A stretch of 63,997 nucleotides of DNA, filler included, from an uncultured Myxococcia bacterium (GTDB lineage Bacteria; CAZTWC01): the NCBI GenBank assembly GCA_964617105.1. It is 9 parts of 9 records of this genome, joined end to end, with 100 filler letters (N's around TTAATTAATTAA, not from the genome) between each part and the next. Parts side by side here need not be neighbours in the genome. Positions count along the whole stretch, not along the records: positions 35,853 to 42,847 come from CAZTWC010000202.1; positions 42,948 to 49,932 come from CAZTWC010000203.1; 7 more parts are not named here. One strand, written 5' to 3'. A program made the translations under genes and the position numbers. The notes under the pieces are model-generated. The model did no database searches. It was not told where the DNA came from and saw only the letters and a list, made by a program, of their open reading frames with translations. Below, one piece after another: positions 39,248 to 49,435 of this stretch (position 1 is the first letter of the stretch; the number at the start of each line of letters is the position of its first letter).

Positions 39248-41506
39248 CTATTCCTCGAATTCAACTTCCAGGGAGTAATGCTGTAATAATTGGATAAAAC
39301 TGCTCAATTGGGATGCGGGTAACAGGGCGGAACGTTTATTGCTCCTGGTAATGGTAAAAGTGCTGAAGGGACTGATTTGCTGTATAATATCCAGGATATT
39401 TTCATCTTTTACTGTAAAGAGAATATATCGACATACCTTTATTTTGCCCACTTCTCCACCATAACAGTCCAAGGCAAATTGAACTTCCAGAGGTAGAGAG
39501 CCTCCAGAGATCTCTTCCAGATAATTTTGCAGCCAAAAATGGGGTCTATCTTTTTGGGTCAGATTTTGCACCATGTTATTGGTAATCCAATAGTTTCCAT
39601 TTTCATCATGTTGACAAATTTCAGCCAGCATCTTTTTGGCAAAAAGATGCTCATTTTCTTCAACAATTTCCAATTTCAACTCTGGAGTAACAATTATCCA
39701 GGGTGCCATTTGCTTGGAATAGTCAAAAATCTTGTATTTAAAAAACTGGGCATCTTCCAGCAAGTCTGGCAAGAGATTATTTTTAGTCAGCCAAAAATTG
39801 TCGCTGAGTTGTAATTGGCAATATTTTTCTAGTATCTCTGTAGAGATAAAAGTAGTATTACCTGGAAATTCCAACATACTCCAGTCACTGTGAATAATAA
39901 TCGAGCCAAATTTCTCATCCCATTTTTTAATGGTAAAAATTAAATTCTCTGGTAAACTTTGCCGGGAATAATCTTTCAGAAAGTTTTCAATATAATCGGA
40001 GTGAAATCCGTTCTGAAAACTGCGTAGCACTGAATCTGAAAAAATCTTAAAAGTTAATACCTTATCGGCCCCTGACCTATAATCGGCAAAACGGCTTAAT
40101 TGAAAAATGGTATAAATATCGCATTGATCCAAAAATACCAACACCTCAAAATTGGGTTGCACCACCAGGGGTTTTCCGGTTGGTTGAAACAACAACTCCT
40201 GGCTCGGTTCTTTGTCAAGGCCTAACACATATTTACCCAGGGCGTTTATCTTGAAGCAGTTAACATCCTGATCATCTTCATCTCTACCAATGGCAGTATC
40301 GATAATTCCCATCGCTTTCCAGACCTGCACCACCTTTTCAACATATTGCCCCTCTACCTTTTTCCAGTTGCCTTCTCGTGGGATACCGTCAGTTTGAGAT
40401 ACGTTTTGTTCAGGAAAATAGATATTTTTATACACATCCTGTTCCAGGTAACTGTGGGTATCTCTATGAGAAATAAGAAACTCTGTATCAATATCACCTA
40501 TGGCTTCTATAAAGTTCTTTTCCGATATCCAGCCCTGGTCACCAATATTTTTAATAATGGAAACTAAAAATTTTCTGGCGCTGACCACTTTGTGACCGTA
40601 TGGGACATCACTATCAATATTGTAATAGGAGCGCCGCTCTCCAGAGTAGATGGGCTCAAATTTTATGTCCTTAAGTAGATGAAATTCGTTAAAATAATCC
40701 ATCTCCAGCCAGGCTTCAAAGATCTTTTGGGTACGCTGCGCCCGGCTCATTTTAAAGAAATCTTCCTTTTTGTCACTTAAAGTGATGTTGGGTTTGCTCC
40801 TTTTTAATATCTTGACATTTAAAAGAATCTCAAAAATAAACAGCTGGTAGGCCGTTTGTTCAAAGTGAGCTACCTTTTCCAGATTGTCAGGATTGGTCAA
40901 CAATTTGTTGATTTTTTGCCAAAAAGCCTTTCCTGGAAAACCGCTCAGCAGACATTTTACATTATTTTGGTTGCAATAATTTATAAAGGATAGGATATCG
41001 CGCTCAAGATTAAAATTATCGTTCTCCAGGGAAGATAAAATCTCTCCAAAAAACAAAGGTAAAACTTTATCTGCCACTGGCATCTCTTTTATAGTTTCCA
41101 AGAGCAGGTTGTCTGCGATAATGGTGCCTTTGATTACATCAAAGTTATAGCGGGCATATTCTCTGGTGTCTCCATCTCCGGGAACCATAAAAATAAGTCC
41201 CTGGGATAAAAGCTTCTTTAGTAAGGGGCGCGGTTTTTGCACCTTGTTTATCAAGGACTGGCTGATCAATTCATCCAGGGAACATTTGCCTTTAAAGATT
41301 TTTACCAGGTTCATAATAATTATTTCGCCATGGTTACAACCTTCTAAAGCCTCTTTTTGCCTATTGATGTTTTGCAGAGAAGAGGTGAGCGTTTTAATCA
41401 GCCTTGAACGTGAGGAGAGACCATCGGTATCTTCTCCCCTGGAGTCAAGCATATGCAGCAAGGTTTCATTGTCGTAATAATTGAGGACGTTTTCAAATTC
41501 CAGCAT
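39248..41506 (-). CDS. Helicase-associated (XPB/Ssl2 N-terminal-like, Helicase_C_3) domain protein
   Basis: LVVQPNFEVLV...LSRFAD...SV.R....G...FL...S...LPENL...I..W pattern; no Walker motifs seen. Confidence 0.6.
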   Translation of the reverse strand: MLEFENVLNYYDNETLLHMLDSRGEDTDGLSSRSRLIKTLTSSLQNINRQKEALEGCNHGEIIIMNLVKIFKGKCSLDELISQSLINKVQKPRPLLKKLLSQGLIFMVPGDGDTREYARYNFDVIKGTIIADNLLLETIKEMPVADKVLPLFFGEILSSLENDNFNLERDILSFINYCNQNNVKCLLSGFPGKAFWQKINKLLTNPDNLEKVAHFEQTAYQLFIFEILLNVKILKRSKPNITLSDKKEDFFKMSRAQRTQKIFEAWLEMDYFNEFHLLKDIKFEPIYSGERRSYYNIDSDVPYGHKVVSARKFLVSIIKNIGDQGWISEKNFIEAIGDIDTEFLISHRDTHSYLEQDVYKNIYFPEQNVSQTDGIPREGNWKKVEGQYVEKVVQVWKAMGIIDTAIGRDEDDQDVNCFKINALGKYVLGLDKEPSQELLFQPTGKPLVVQPNFEVLVFLDQCDIYTIFQLSRFADYRSGADKVLTFKIFSDSVLRSFQNGFHSDYIENFLKDYSRQSLPENLIFTIKKWDEKFGSIIIHSDWSMLEFPGNTTFISTEILEKYCQLQLSDNFWLTKNNLLPDLLEDAQFFKYKIFDYSKQMAPWIIVTPELKLEIVEENEHLFAKKMLAEICQHDENGNYWITNNMVQNLTQKDRPHFWLQNYLEEISGGSLPLEVQFALDCYGGEVGKIKVCRYILFTVKDENILDIIQQISPFSTFTITRSNKRSALLPASQLSSFIQLLQHYSLEVEFEE

Positions 41507-41548
41507 AATTTTGATCCACTTGATAATCCCGTAAAAATGTGCAATCTA

Positions 41549-41974
41549 CTAGTGTTCCACTACTATAGTGTCGAGAATTCCGTTAATAAAAGCAGAGGTT
41601 TCTTCCTGACCATATTTTTTGGCCAACTCGATAGCCTCATTGATAGCCACATTCGTTGGAGTTGAAGAATAGTAGTATATCTCAAACATGGCCAGTAACA
41701 ACAAGGCCCTCTCCACAAAACCAATCCTTTCCAGGCGCCACTTACCAGTTTGATTATCTAAACGCTCCAAAATCTCGTCTCTTTTTGAATTGGCTCCAAA
41801 AACCAACTGCTTGACAAACCTCAGGTCAACATCTTTGGGGCTAATATTAGGCACAGTGTCGCCTTGAAAATTATCCTCAAATCGTCTGAGCGATTCTTCT
41901 GGTTCAATTTGATTGCATTCAAGGGCAAATAGTATATTAAAGGCTACTTCCCTTGAGCGGCGTCTACTGGTCAT
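41549..41974 (-). CDS. nusB: Transcription antitermination factor NusB
   Basis: RRRSRE, WRLER and INEAIELAKKYG...FINGILD motifs; follows ribH. Confidence 0.95.
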   Translation of the reverse strand: MTSRRRSREVAFNILFALECNQIEPEESLRRFEDNFQGDTVPNISPKDVDLRFVKQLVFGANSKRDEILERLDNQTGKWRLERIGFVERALLLLAMFEIYYYSSTPTNVAINEAIELAKKYGQEETSAFINGILDTIVVEH

Positions 41975-42018
41975 CAATTATACCTAATCCACCCTGAAAA
42001 TCCAGTTCCGGGTTGGAA

Positions 42019-42519
42019 CTATTGCTTAAATAGTTGAGCCATCTCTATGGCGGACATGGCGGCATCCCAACCCTTGTTGCCCGCTTTAGTACCGGCTCGT
42101 TCCACTGCCTGCTCTATAGTATCGCAGGTAAGTATTCCATAGGCAACCGGTAAACAATAATCCAGGGATACTTTGGCAATCCCCTTAGTGACCTCGGCAG
42201 CAATATAGTCAAAATGGGGAGTGGCACCTCTTATCACAGCACCCAGACAGATTACCGTATCATAACTTTTTTTGTTTTTTCCATTAGTTTGCTGGTCGAG
42301 AATTCTTTTTAGGGCCACTGGAATTTCAAAAGTTCCCGGGGTCCTGTAAATCTCAATATTTTCAGCCTTGGCTCCGTGCCGCTTTAAGGCATCCAAAGCG
42401 CCATCCAGCAATCTTTCGGTAATAAAATCGTTAAAACGGCTAACAATAATAGCAAGATTTAACCCTTTGCCATCCAACGCCCCCTCTACCTGACGAGGCT
42501 TAAAATTATCTATGGCCAT
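42019..42519 (-). CDS. ribH: 6,7-dimethyl-8-ribityllumazine synthase
   Basis: [25 protein letters not shown] and GNKGWDAA motifs. Confidence 0.96.
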   Translation of the reverse strand: MAIDNFKPRQVEGALDGKGLNLAIIVSRFNDFITERLLDGALDALKRHGAKAENIEIYRTPGTFEIPVALKRILDQQTNGKNKKSYDTVICLGAVIRGATPHFDYIAAEVTKGIAKVSLDYCLPVAYGILTCDTIEQAVERAGTKAGNKGWDAAMSAIEMAQLFKQ

Positions 42520-42602
42520 AATCTATACTCCCAATAAAAAACAATATATTTTAGCACTAAATTGCTTAGAGCAACATCCCTAAAGGGATCACCTTCGGCG
42601 TC

Positions 42603-42759
42603 AGATGCGCCGCTATCATTACCTTAATGCCTGAGGTCGTCGAGAGTGGTGCAGATACTAGGCGCCGGAAGTTATTTACCCGCAGGCGTATAGATAATAC
42701 GCCGAGGACTAAATAACTTCCGGCAACGACGTAGATGCGCCGCTATCATCAACCGACAT
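42603..42759. repeat. Second, diverged copy of the palindromic element, with 17-bp direct repeats 130 bp apart
   Basis: AGATGCGCCGCTATCAT at 42603 and 42733; stems GCCGGAAGTTATTTA/TAAATAACTTCCGGC and GGCGTAT/ATACGCC; loop motifs shared with 36478-36603. Confidence 0.8.
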
Positions 42760-42947
42760 AACTTATTATTTTAGCGTAGAAATAGCAGAAGCACAAGAAT
42801 TAAAATAGTCAAAAAGTGTGTCTAGACTTAAAAGTTCATAACTCTTTNNNNNNNNNNNNNNNNNNNNNNNNNNNNNNNNNNNNNNNNNNNNTTAATTAAT
42901 TAANNNNNNNNNNNNNNNNNNNNNNNNNNNNNNNNNNNNNNNNNNNN

Positions 42948-43083
42948 AGCCATCATTGTATTTTAGACGACCCTGGGCAATAGATTTGTTCAGAAAGTCC
43001 AGTTTGTCGGTAAGGATCAAGTTGACCGATTTTTTAGAGTGGGGGCAGCAGAGTATTTCTAATAGATTTTTATCGATTGGCAT
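42948..43083 (-). CDS. Trm112-like small protein; 3'-truncated
   Basis: MPIDKNLLEILCCP motif. Confidence 0.65.
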
Positions 43084-43180
43084 AAAAATTGACCTCAAAA
43101 AAATAATTTGTTAACCTGATGACACTATTATAGAATAATTGTTCCAAAAGAGTAAACTTATATTTGTGGATGATAAAAAT

Positions 43181-43681
43181 ATGGCCGAAGAAAACTGGTA
43201 TGCAGTATATACTAAACCCCGGAAAGAACCTTTGGTGGAACAAAAATTCCAGGAGATGAAGATTAAAACTTTTTATCCCAAACTCCGGGAAAAAAAACGT
43301 AAAGGTGACGAGATAATCGAAAAGGTCAAACCCCTTTTTCCCCGCTATATATTTGTTTTTCTCTCCATTGAAAAACTGTATTATAAGGCCAAATTTACTC
43401 ATGGGGTGCAATATTTTGTCGGTCATGAGCAGCCAATTATGGTTAAGGAACAGGTGATAAATTATCTCCAGGAAAGGTTGGATATCGATAATATCCATTT
43501 ACAAACTAAAGAAGATATAAAACCTGGAGATGAAGTGGAAATTACTGATGGGGTTTTTCAGGGCCTAAGGGGTTTGTTTTATGAAAAATCTTCAAAACAA
43601 AGGGTAAAGATATTACTTAACATCCTTTCCAGTCAGGCCAAACTGGAATTGGATGATTTTCAGGTAAAAAAAATTGAGTAG
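43181..43681 (+). CDS. NusG paralogue (RfaH/UpxY/LoaP-type antiterminator)
   Basis: WYAVYTKPRKE, PLFPRYIF and KOW motif GDEVEITDGVFQG. Confidence 0.85.
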   Translation: MAEENWYAVYTKPRKEPLVEQKFQEMKIKTFYPKLREKKRKGDEIIEKVKPLFPRYIFVFLSIEKLYYKAKFTHGVQYFVGHEQPIMVKEQVINYLQERLDIDNIHLQTKEDIKPGDEVEITDGVFQGLRGLFYEKSSKQRVKILLNILSSQAKLELDDFQVKKIE

Positions 43682-43757
43682 TTCCCAATCGTAGCCTAAC
43701 AGGCTACAACCCTGGAACCAGGTTCGCACCATGACAAACTACTTTTCCTGATGGAAA

Positions 43758-44945
43758 TTATATGGTCTCAATTTTCCAGCGAGTTTGACCGATACAACAC
43801 AGTTTTTTAGTATCTTCATCAAGATCATCAGCATTATCATCAACCGGCCAACCGCGATAGTAAATCGTCAAAAGATCACCATCGGGTAATTGAACCGTGG
43901 CTGGATAGCCGTCATCGTGTTTAGGCAGGGAGGCTATTTTGAGTTCACTTTCGTAGAGCCAGGTTTTACCCTGGTCGAAACTTAAACAGCCTCTGATTCG
44001 AAAAGGTTCCAACAACCGGCGGCCATAGGTGCATAAGATGGCGCCGTTTTTCAATTTAAGTAAATGAGGCGGATGGGCGCAGAAAAAACGCTCCTGGTCT
44101 TCTTTTTCATCATCGCTATTTTCAGTGCGGCAACAGGTTTCTCTTTTTTCAGTAATTGACCAGGTGTTACCTCCATCAAGAGATTCGGAAAACCAGACAC
44201 TATCACCTTCTCTTTGGTCCAGCCATTGGTCTGGCATCTCTTCATAGCGAAAAGCGGCTAACAAGTGTCCAGGTGTTATCTCCAATAGGTCATATTCATT
44301 AAGCATACAGAGACCATATTTACCTTTTGGCAAAGGAACATTGCCCATGGTCTGCCAATTTTCCCCCCGATCAGAAGATATTTGGGCAAACGGCATTCTG
44401 CCTCTATCTGTATCTACTATTTTGAATCCCATCAAGTCTCCAGAACTTAAAATAGCCGGTCCTTTTATAGTGTAAGTAAGAGGCATTTTGGCAGGTTTAC
44501 TCCAGTTTTTCCCGCTGTCATTTGACCAGATAAACCATTCATGCCGCCACTTTGCCCGGATATGCTCAGTTATTTTTTTTGCCTCCTGGGGCCAGGGATA
44601 CTCTTTTCCATTTTTTTTCCATAACTCTATGTAATCTTTATCTGCAAATCGGGCAGAGGAGGACCAGGTGACCAAAATGTTTTGCTGTGAATCAACTCTA
44701 ATTCCTGGATCACGATCATCCAAAGGGGTATCGGCAATCACTTTGAAATCTTGCCAGTTTTTTCCGCCATCAATCGATTTACCCAGCATAATCAGGCCAA
44801 AAGGATCGATGTGGCGCAGCCGGTCGCTGAACACCACCAGTAGAGTACCGTTACCCATCTGGGTAATGGAAGGCCAGGCTTGAAAACGTCCGGGACTGGA
44901 ATATAGGATATTTTGCTCAATTATTTTTGCACGGTATTTGGTCAT
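43758..44945 (-). CDS. Sialidase-like / BNR Asp-box beta-propeller protein
   Basis: Five S-x-D-x-G-x-x-W Asp boxes (SIDGGKNW, SNDSGKNW, SSDRGENW, SLDGGNTW, SFDQGKTW); GYP near the C-terminus. Confidence 0.8.
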   Translation of the reverse strand: MTKYRAKIIEQNILYSSPGRFQAWPSITQMGNGTLLVVFSDRLRHIDPFGLIMLGKSIDGGKNWQDFKVIADTPLDDRDPGIRVDSQQNILVTWSSSARFADKDYIELWKKNGKEYPWPQEAKKITEHIRAKWRHEWFIWSNDSGKNWSKPAKMPLTYTIKGPAILSSGDLMGFKIVDTDRGRMPFAQISSDRGENWQTMGNVPLPKGKYGLCMLNEYDLLEITPGHLLAAFRYEEMPDQWLDQREGDSVWFSESLDGGNTWSITEKRETCCRTENSDDEKEDQERFFCAHPPHLLKLKNGAILCTYGRRLLEPFRIRGCLSFDQGKTWLYESELKIASLPKHDDGYPATVQLPDGDLLTIYYRGWPVDDNADDLDEDTKKLCCIGQTRWKIETI

Positions 44946-45022
44946 ATTGATTCCTGTGATAAAATAATTACTGCTCCAACTTCAATGGCCTGGGTGTCAT
45001 TATTATCGAGACAAAATATGTA

Positions 45023-45051
45023 TTGACAAATATGCATAATTTGTGCATACT
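45023..45051 (+). promoter_or_regulatory. Putative vapBC promoter overlapping an imperfect palindrome (operator)
   Basis: TTGACA-N17-CATACT; TATGCATA-ATT-TGTGCATA inverted repeat; ATG at 45059 follows after 7 nt. Confidence 0.55.
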
Positions 45052-45058
45052 AATATGC

Positions 45059-45253
45059 ATGAGAACTACATTAAACATAGATGATAAAATATTAGAGAAA
45101 GCATCTCTCTTAACTGGTATCAAAGAAAAAACATCACTGGTAAGATTAGGACTCAAGGCTTTAATTGAGCGAGAAAGCAGCATACGTCTGGCTAAATTAG
45201 GAGGCACAGAGAAAAAATTGCGACCTGTCCCCAGACGTAAATCTACGAAATAA
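45059..45253 (+). CDS. vapB: VapB family antitoxin
   Basis: MRTTLNIDD...TGIKEKTSLV..GL.ALI.RES..RLAKLGG. Confidence 0.88.
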   Translation: MRTTLNIDDKILEKASLLTGIKEKTSLVRLGLKALIERESSIRLAKLGGTEKKLRPVPRRKSTK

Positions 45254-45262
45254 ATAAAAACT

Positions 45263-45625
45263 ATGGTTCTTGTTGATACTTCAGTCTGGATTAATCATTT
45301 CCAAAAGAAAAATGTGCAATTACAAAGGTTGCTTCTTGATTATGAGGTTATTTGCCATTCCTTTATAATTGGTGAACTTGCATGCGGTAATATAAAGAAT
45401 CGAGACAAAATATTATCTTTATTACGATCTCTTCCCATGGCTTCTTCAATAGAATTTGATGAGTTCCTGTTTTTTCTTGAAAAAAATAAGTTAAATGGGA
45501 AAGGAATTGGCTTCGTAGATGTTAATCTATTAGCATCTACTCAATTAGATCAAATAAAACTATGGACAATGGATAAAAGATTAGAAAAAGTCGCCATAAA
45601 ACTTGGATTGAATTATATTGAATAG
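45263..45625 (+). CDS. vapC: VapC PIN-domain toxin
   Basis: VLVDTSVWI, GELACG, GIGFVD and LWTMDKRL motifs. Confidence 0.9.
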   Translation: MVLVDTSVWINHFQKKNVQLQRLLLDYEVICHSFIIGELACGNIKNRDKILSLLRSLPMASSIEFDEFLFFLEKNKLNGKGIGFVDVNLLASTQLDQIKLWTMDKRLEKVAIKLGLNYIE

Positions 45626-45710
45626 AATGGATTGAAAAACCACAGAGTCTAGTTTGATTGGTTAGATTACAATTGGTGTCTGTATATTGTTGAATGAGAT
45701 GAACAGGAGA

Positions 45711-46943
45711 TTAAACCACACGTTTTAAAGATATTTTAATACTTTTTATCGCCTTTTCGGCTCTTTTTATGGCGGTCTGCCGGTCTTTGCCTTTGAAGAT
45801 GACAAATCCACAGCGCTTGGTATGGTCGGTGATATCTTCGATTTTACAGCCGGGCTCAATATATAGACCATGTTTTATCAGTCCGGTGGCATCCTTGATC
45901 TTATCCAAACCGTTAATCTTATCAACATAACCAGAGGGAGAGAAAATATAGCGAGTGGCTGAGCCGCAACTACATTTATTTAGTAGGTCATTTTCATTAA
46001 CTGATTGCCTCAGGGCCATCTTGATAACCGGTGTTATTAGGTCGATTCCGTTGGCAGCCGGAATCTGGTCTGTGCAGAAATAGCCACCAGAAAGGCGCAA
46101 GGCAAATTCAATTAAATTTATCTTGTTGTTGTGGATAACCAGGTCACCCTTAATGCTGCCGTTTATTATTCCAAGTTTATTGGCTACAGTCTGGAGCAAA
46201 TGATCTATTTCCTGGCCATACTGTTCCTGGTACAAAGAGGGCATAGTGCCACCATCTTCGATTATAAAGGGATAATATTTTTCCATCCCCTGATAGTTGC
46301 GGTCAGAGATAGCCAGCGTATAAACTTTTTTTTGGTAGATGATCGATTCGCTGCTCAATTGAGGGCCAGACAAATATTTTTCTGCTAAAACTGTGCGGGT
46401 ATAAGAGAAGTTTTTTGCATATTGCCAGGCCCACTCTAATTTGTCAGGGTCATCTATCAACAAAATTCCTCTGGCGCCGCAATTGTCAGTAGGTTTGATT
46501 ACAATTTTTTGATTATGAGCATGGAAAAATTTTTCTAATTGGTCAAGTTTTTTTATTTCAGTAAAACCGGGGATTGGTACGCCGATATCAGCCAAGAATC
46601 GTTTCATAACAATCTTGTCAGAAGCTATTTCAGCAGCGTCAATGGGTATAGATGGTAAGTCAAATTGTTTAGCAACTTGTGCTACCACCAGAGGAACGTC
46701 ATTGGCAATAGTCATAACGCCGTCAAAATTTCTTTTATTTTGATGATATTCCCAGGTAGCATCCAAAGTTTCGTCTAAATTTCTGGTAGAGGCAAAAATA
46801 AATTCATCTGCCTTCTCACGGCCTGGGGCCCGGTAGTTGTAGTCAGTAACCACCACATAATGGCCCATTTTTTGGGCGATTTCGATTGCTTTTATCTGTT
46901 CTATACCAGCGCCGATTATTAATAGGGTTTTTTGTTTTAACAT
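45711..46943 (-). CDS. ATP-grasp domain ligase in a glycan biosynthesis cluster
   Basis: IGAGIEQ, DKIVMK, IKPTDNCGARG, EKYLSG and IEFALRLSGG motifs. Confidence 0.8.
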   Translation of the reverse strand: MLKQKTLLIIGAGIEQIKAIEIAQKMGHYVVVTDYNYRAPGREKADEFIFASTRNLDETLDATWEYHQNKRNFDGVMTIANDVPLVVAQVAKQFDLPSIPIDAAEIASDKIVMKRFLADIGVPIPGFTEIKKLDQLEKFFHAHNQKIVIKPTDNCGARGILLIDDPDKLEWAWQYAKNFSYTRTVLAEKYLSGPQLSSESIIYQKKVYTLAISDRNYQGMEKYYPFIIEDGGTMPSLYQEQYGQEIDHLLQTVANKLGIINGSIKGDLVIHNNKINLIEFALRLSGGYFCTDQIPAANGIDLITPVIKMALRQSVNENDLLNKCSCGSATRYIFSPSGYVDKINGLDKIKDATGLIKHGLYIEPGCKIEDITDHTKRCGFVIFKGKDRQTAIKRAEKAIKSIKISLKRVV

Positions 46944-46952
46944 CTGTAACTC

Positions 46953-48185
46953 TTATGGCATCAGGGATAAAAATCTATCCAATCCTAAAATCATAATTCC
47001 AGAAGGATCATTTTTAAAGTAACCGGGTTGATTAATTATTTGAAAGGAGATTGGGTTGTTCATTTGCTCCTTAAGATTTATAAAGGCAGATGATACATTT
47101 TTATCCGATAACTTACTTTCCGCCAACATAACAACCTGGTTGTTATCAACCACTGCAAAATCAACCTCTTTTTTGTCTCTGGTCCTGATATAATAGAGTT
47201 GATAGTTTCCAAGTCCATGCTCATTCCAGGTTGAAATAATTCTCTTTAGATTTACCGCCAAGAAATTTTCCAGCCTTTTTCCTGGTTCATCTACAATTCC
47301 CCAATCCCAAAAATAATATTTTTTCTCTTTTAGGACCGATCGGGCGATTTGGCGTGAAAAAGGTGATAAACTAAAAATCAAATAAACTTTTTCCAAGGCA
47401 AATAACCAGTTTCTCACAGACTCATGTGAACATTGGAGTAATCGCGCCAAATTATTGAGACTCAAAGGTGAACCAACTCGTTCAGGAAGTAGAAACATCA
47501 AGGTTTCCAGTTTTTGAATTTGCAGTATCCTGGTTAAATCCCGCAAATCTTCATGGATTATGAGTGAAATGTGTTCATTTTTCCAACGTAGATAAAAATT
47601 TTTACTCCCATCAATAAATGGTTCGGGGTAGCCGGTGAGATTTAATAAAATATCAATTGATTCTTTAAATTCATGGCTGGTAACAGGAATTTCTTCCAGA
47701 TTCTTTGATAAATTCCATTGACTGTAAAATTCATATCGAGATTTCTTACCTACCAGGTCATGGGGCGATAAGGGATACATTTTGTATAAAAAATAGCGGC
47801 CTACCAGGCTGTCTCCCGACTGTCGGAAGAGATCCAATCTGGCGCTGCCGGTGATAATAAATTGTATCTTTTCACGGAAGTCATCATAATAACTCTTTAA
47901 AATATCTTTCCATTTTGGATATTTATGGATCTCATCAAAGGCTACAGTGTAAATTTTGCTGGAGTGAAGCAGTAGTTGTTCAGTAAAAAAAACCGGGTTT
48001 TGGGAAAATTTCTCTTTTAAGACCAGAGAGTCCCAGTTGTAGTAGTTTTTTTCTTCTCCAATTTGATGCATATAATCTTTGACAGTAGTGGTTTTACCAA
48101 TCTGTCTGGGGCCACAAATAAAGGACATTCTAGAATGGAGAAACTTACGATCAAAAGCCCAGTTTTTTATTGTTCTGTTTATCAT
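46953..48185 (-). CDS. AAA_14 ATPase with DUF4143 domain
   Basis: GPRQIGKTT, FDEIHK, TGSA, SLVGR, KYYFWDWG and EVDF motifs. Confidence 0.85.
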   Translation of the reverse strand: MINRTIKNWAFDRKFLHSRMSFICGPRQIGKTTTVKDYMHQIGEEKNYYNWDSLVLKEKFSQNPVFFTEQLLLHSSKIYTVAFDEIHKYPKWKDILKSYYDDFREKIQFIITGSARLDLFRQSGDSLVGRYFLYKMYPLSPHDLVGKKSRYEFYSQWNLSKNLEEIPVTSHEFKESIDILLNLTGYPEPFIDGSKNFYLRWKNEHISLIIHEDLRDLTRILQIQKLETLMFLLPERVGSPLSLNNLARLLQCSHESVRNWLFALEKVYLIFSLSPFSRQIARSVLKEKKYYFWDWGIVDEPGKRLENFLAVNLKRIISTWNEHGLGNYQLYYIRTRDKKEVDFAVVDNNQVVMLAESKLSDKNVSSAFINLKEQMNNPISFQIINQPGYFKNDPSGIMILGLDRFLSLMP

Positions 48186-48244
48186 TCTGACTATTTTAAG
48201 GGTATCTGTAAAATTGTCAAGACAATATTTTGGTTGACCCAAAA

Positions 48245-49375
48245 TTAGTCAACCTGAAAAGATAATATTTTTTCCACAATCCTTTTTGTCCCAAGACCGT
48301 CAAAGAGATTTTTACCATTTTCAGACATGGAGTGCAAACTGGATAGAGAGGTCATTAATCTCTGTAAATGATGGGCAAAGTTCTTCTGGGTTAGAGACGT
48401 GTGGATTCCGGCTTCAACAAAAAAGTTGTATCTACTTAACCACTGGGCAGAGATCTGATTTTCGGGGAAGGTGGAGATAATAATAGTTGGTAAACCCAAT
48501 AAGGCTGCCTCATACACAATGGTTCCATAGGTTAAAATACCTAAGTCTGCCTGGGCCATAAGTTGGGAAAAATTTGGGGGATCAATTAGGACTTGAACTG
48601 GAATGGTAAACTTGTCGGCAAGTTCTAAAACTTGTTTGCGATTTTGAGATAAAGGGCCCAGAGCGATGAATATTTTAAGTTTAGTTGGTGTAATGGGATG
48701 AGAAATATCGGGAGGTGATGAAATCGACTGGCTTTTATGATCATTAAAATTGCGTGATAATGAAGGTATTATATGGTGCAACCATTTAAGCAGTTGGGGG
48801 GTAAGATTATAAGCGTCAGTGCCTCCCATGGCAATGAGGATTTTAAAATTGTCATGGTTATGGCCTTTATGTGAAGACATTAAGATGTCTTCACTGTTTT
48901 CGCGGGCAGAATGGTTTCTAAACTGTAGAAACTCCTGTTCAATAATAGTGAAGTCTGCTCCAGCAAAAACTTTTGATTTAAGAGGATCAGATTTAAAAAT
49001 ATCAGGAATAGGGGTTAGAGGAAAAAAGATAAGGTCAGCCTCTGGAACTCCAGGACCGGCATTGTCAATGGTAACCACCTGTTTAGTTAATTGATGGGCA
49101 AGGTTTACTTCAACTTCAGGTATAGGATAGGGTTTATCTAGAATTAGGGTTTCAATTCTTGAGGAATTATTGTTAATGGATGAAGTTATTTCAGATAAGT
49201 TTCCCTGCTGCCAGGTAAACCCTTCATGCCTAAGCCAGGGAGGTTCTGAAGGAGAATCCTCGAACCAAAACTTTACCGCCCTCCCCTGCTGGCGGAATTC
49301 ACGGGCCAGATTAAGACAGCGCCGGAGATGTCCTAAACCGTGCTGATGGCCAAATTGGGTAGAGATAATATTCAC
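48245..49375 (-). CDS. PseG/SpsG-like nucleotide-sugar hydrolase or GT-B protein
   Basis: GLGHLRRCLNLA, MGGTD, G.IVYE...LGLP, ENQ and DGLGTKRI motifs. Confidence 0.75.
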   Translation of the reverse strand: MNIISTQFGHQHGLGHLRRCLNLAREFRQQGRAVKFWFEDSPSEPPWLRHEGFTWQQGNLSEITSSINNNSSRIETLILDKPYPIPEVEVNLAHQLTKQVVTIDNAGPGVPEADLIFFPLTPIPDIFKSDPLKSKVFAGADFTIIEQEFLQFRNHSARENSEDILMSSHKGHNHDNFKILIAMGGTDAYNLTPQLLKWLHHIIPSLSRNFNDHKSQSISSPPDISHPITPTKLKIFIALGPLSQNRKQVLELADKFTIPVQVLIDPPNFSQLMAQADLGILTYGTIVYEAALLGLPTIIISTFPENQISAQWLSRYNFFVEAGIHTSLTQKNFAHHLQRLMTSLSSLHSMSENGKNLFDGLGTKRIVEKILSFQVD

Positions 49376-49435
49376 AATAAATCTTATTTATATCCCCCAA
49401 AAATCTATTAAATGCCCCTGGTAATCCGGGGAGCC

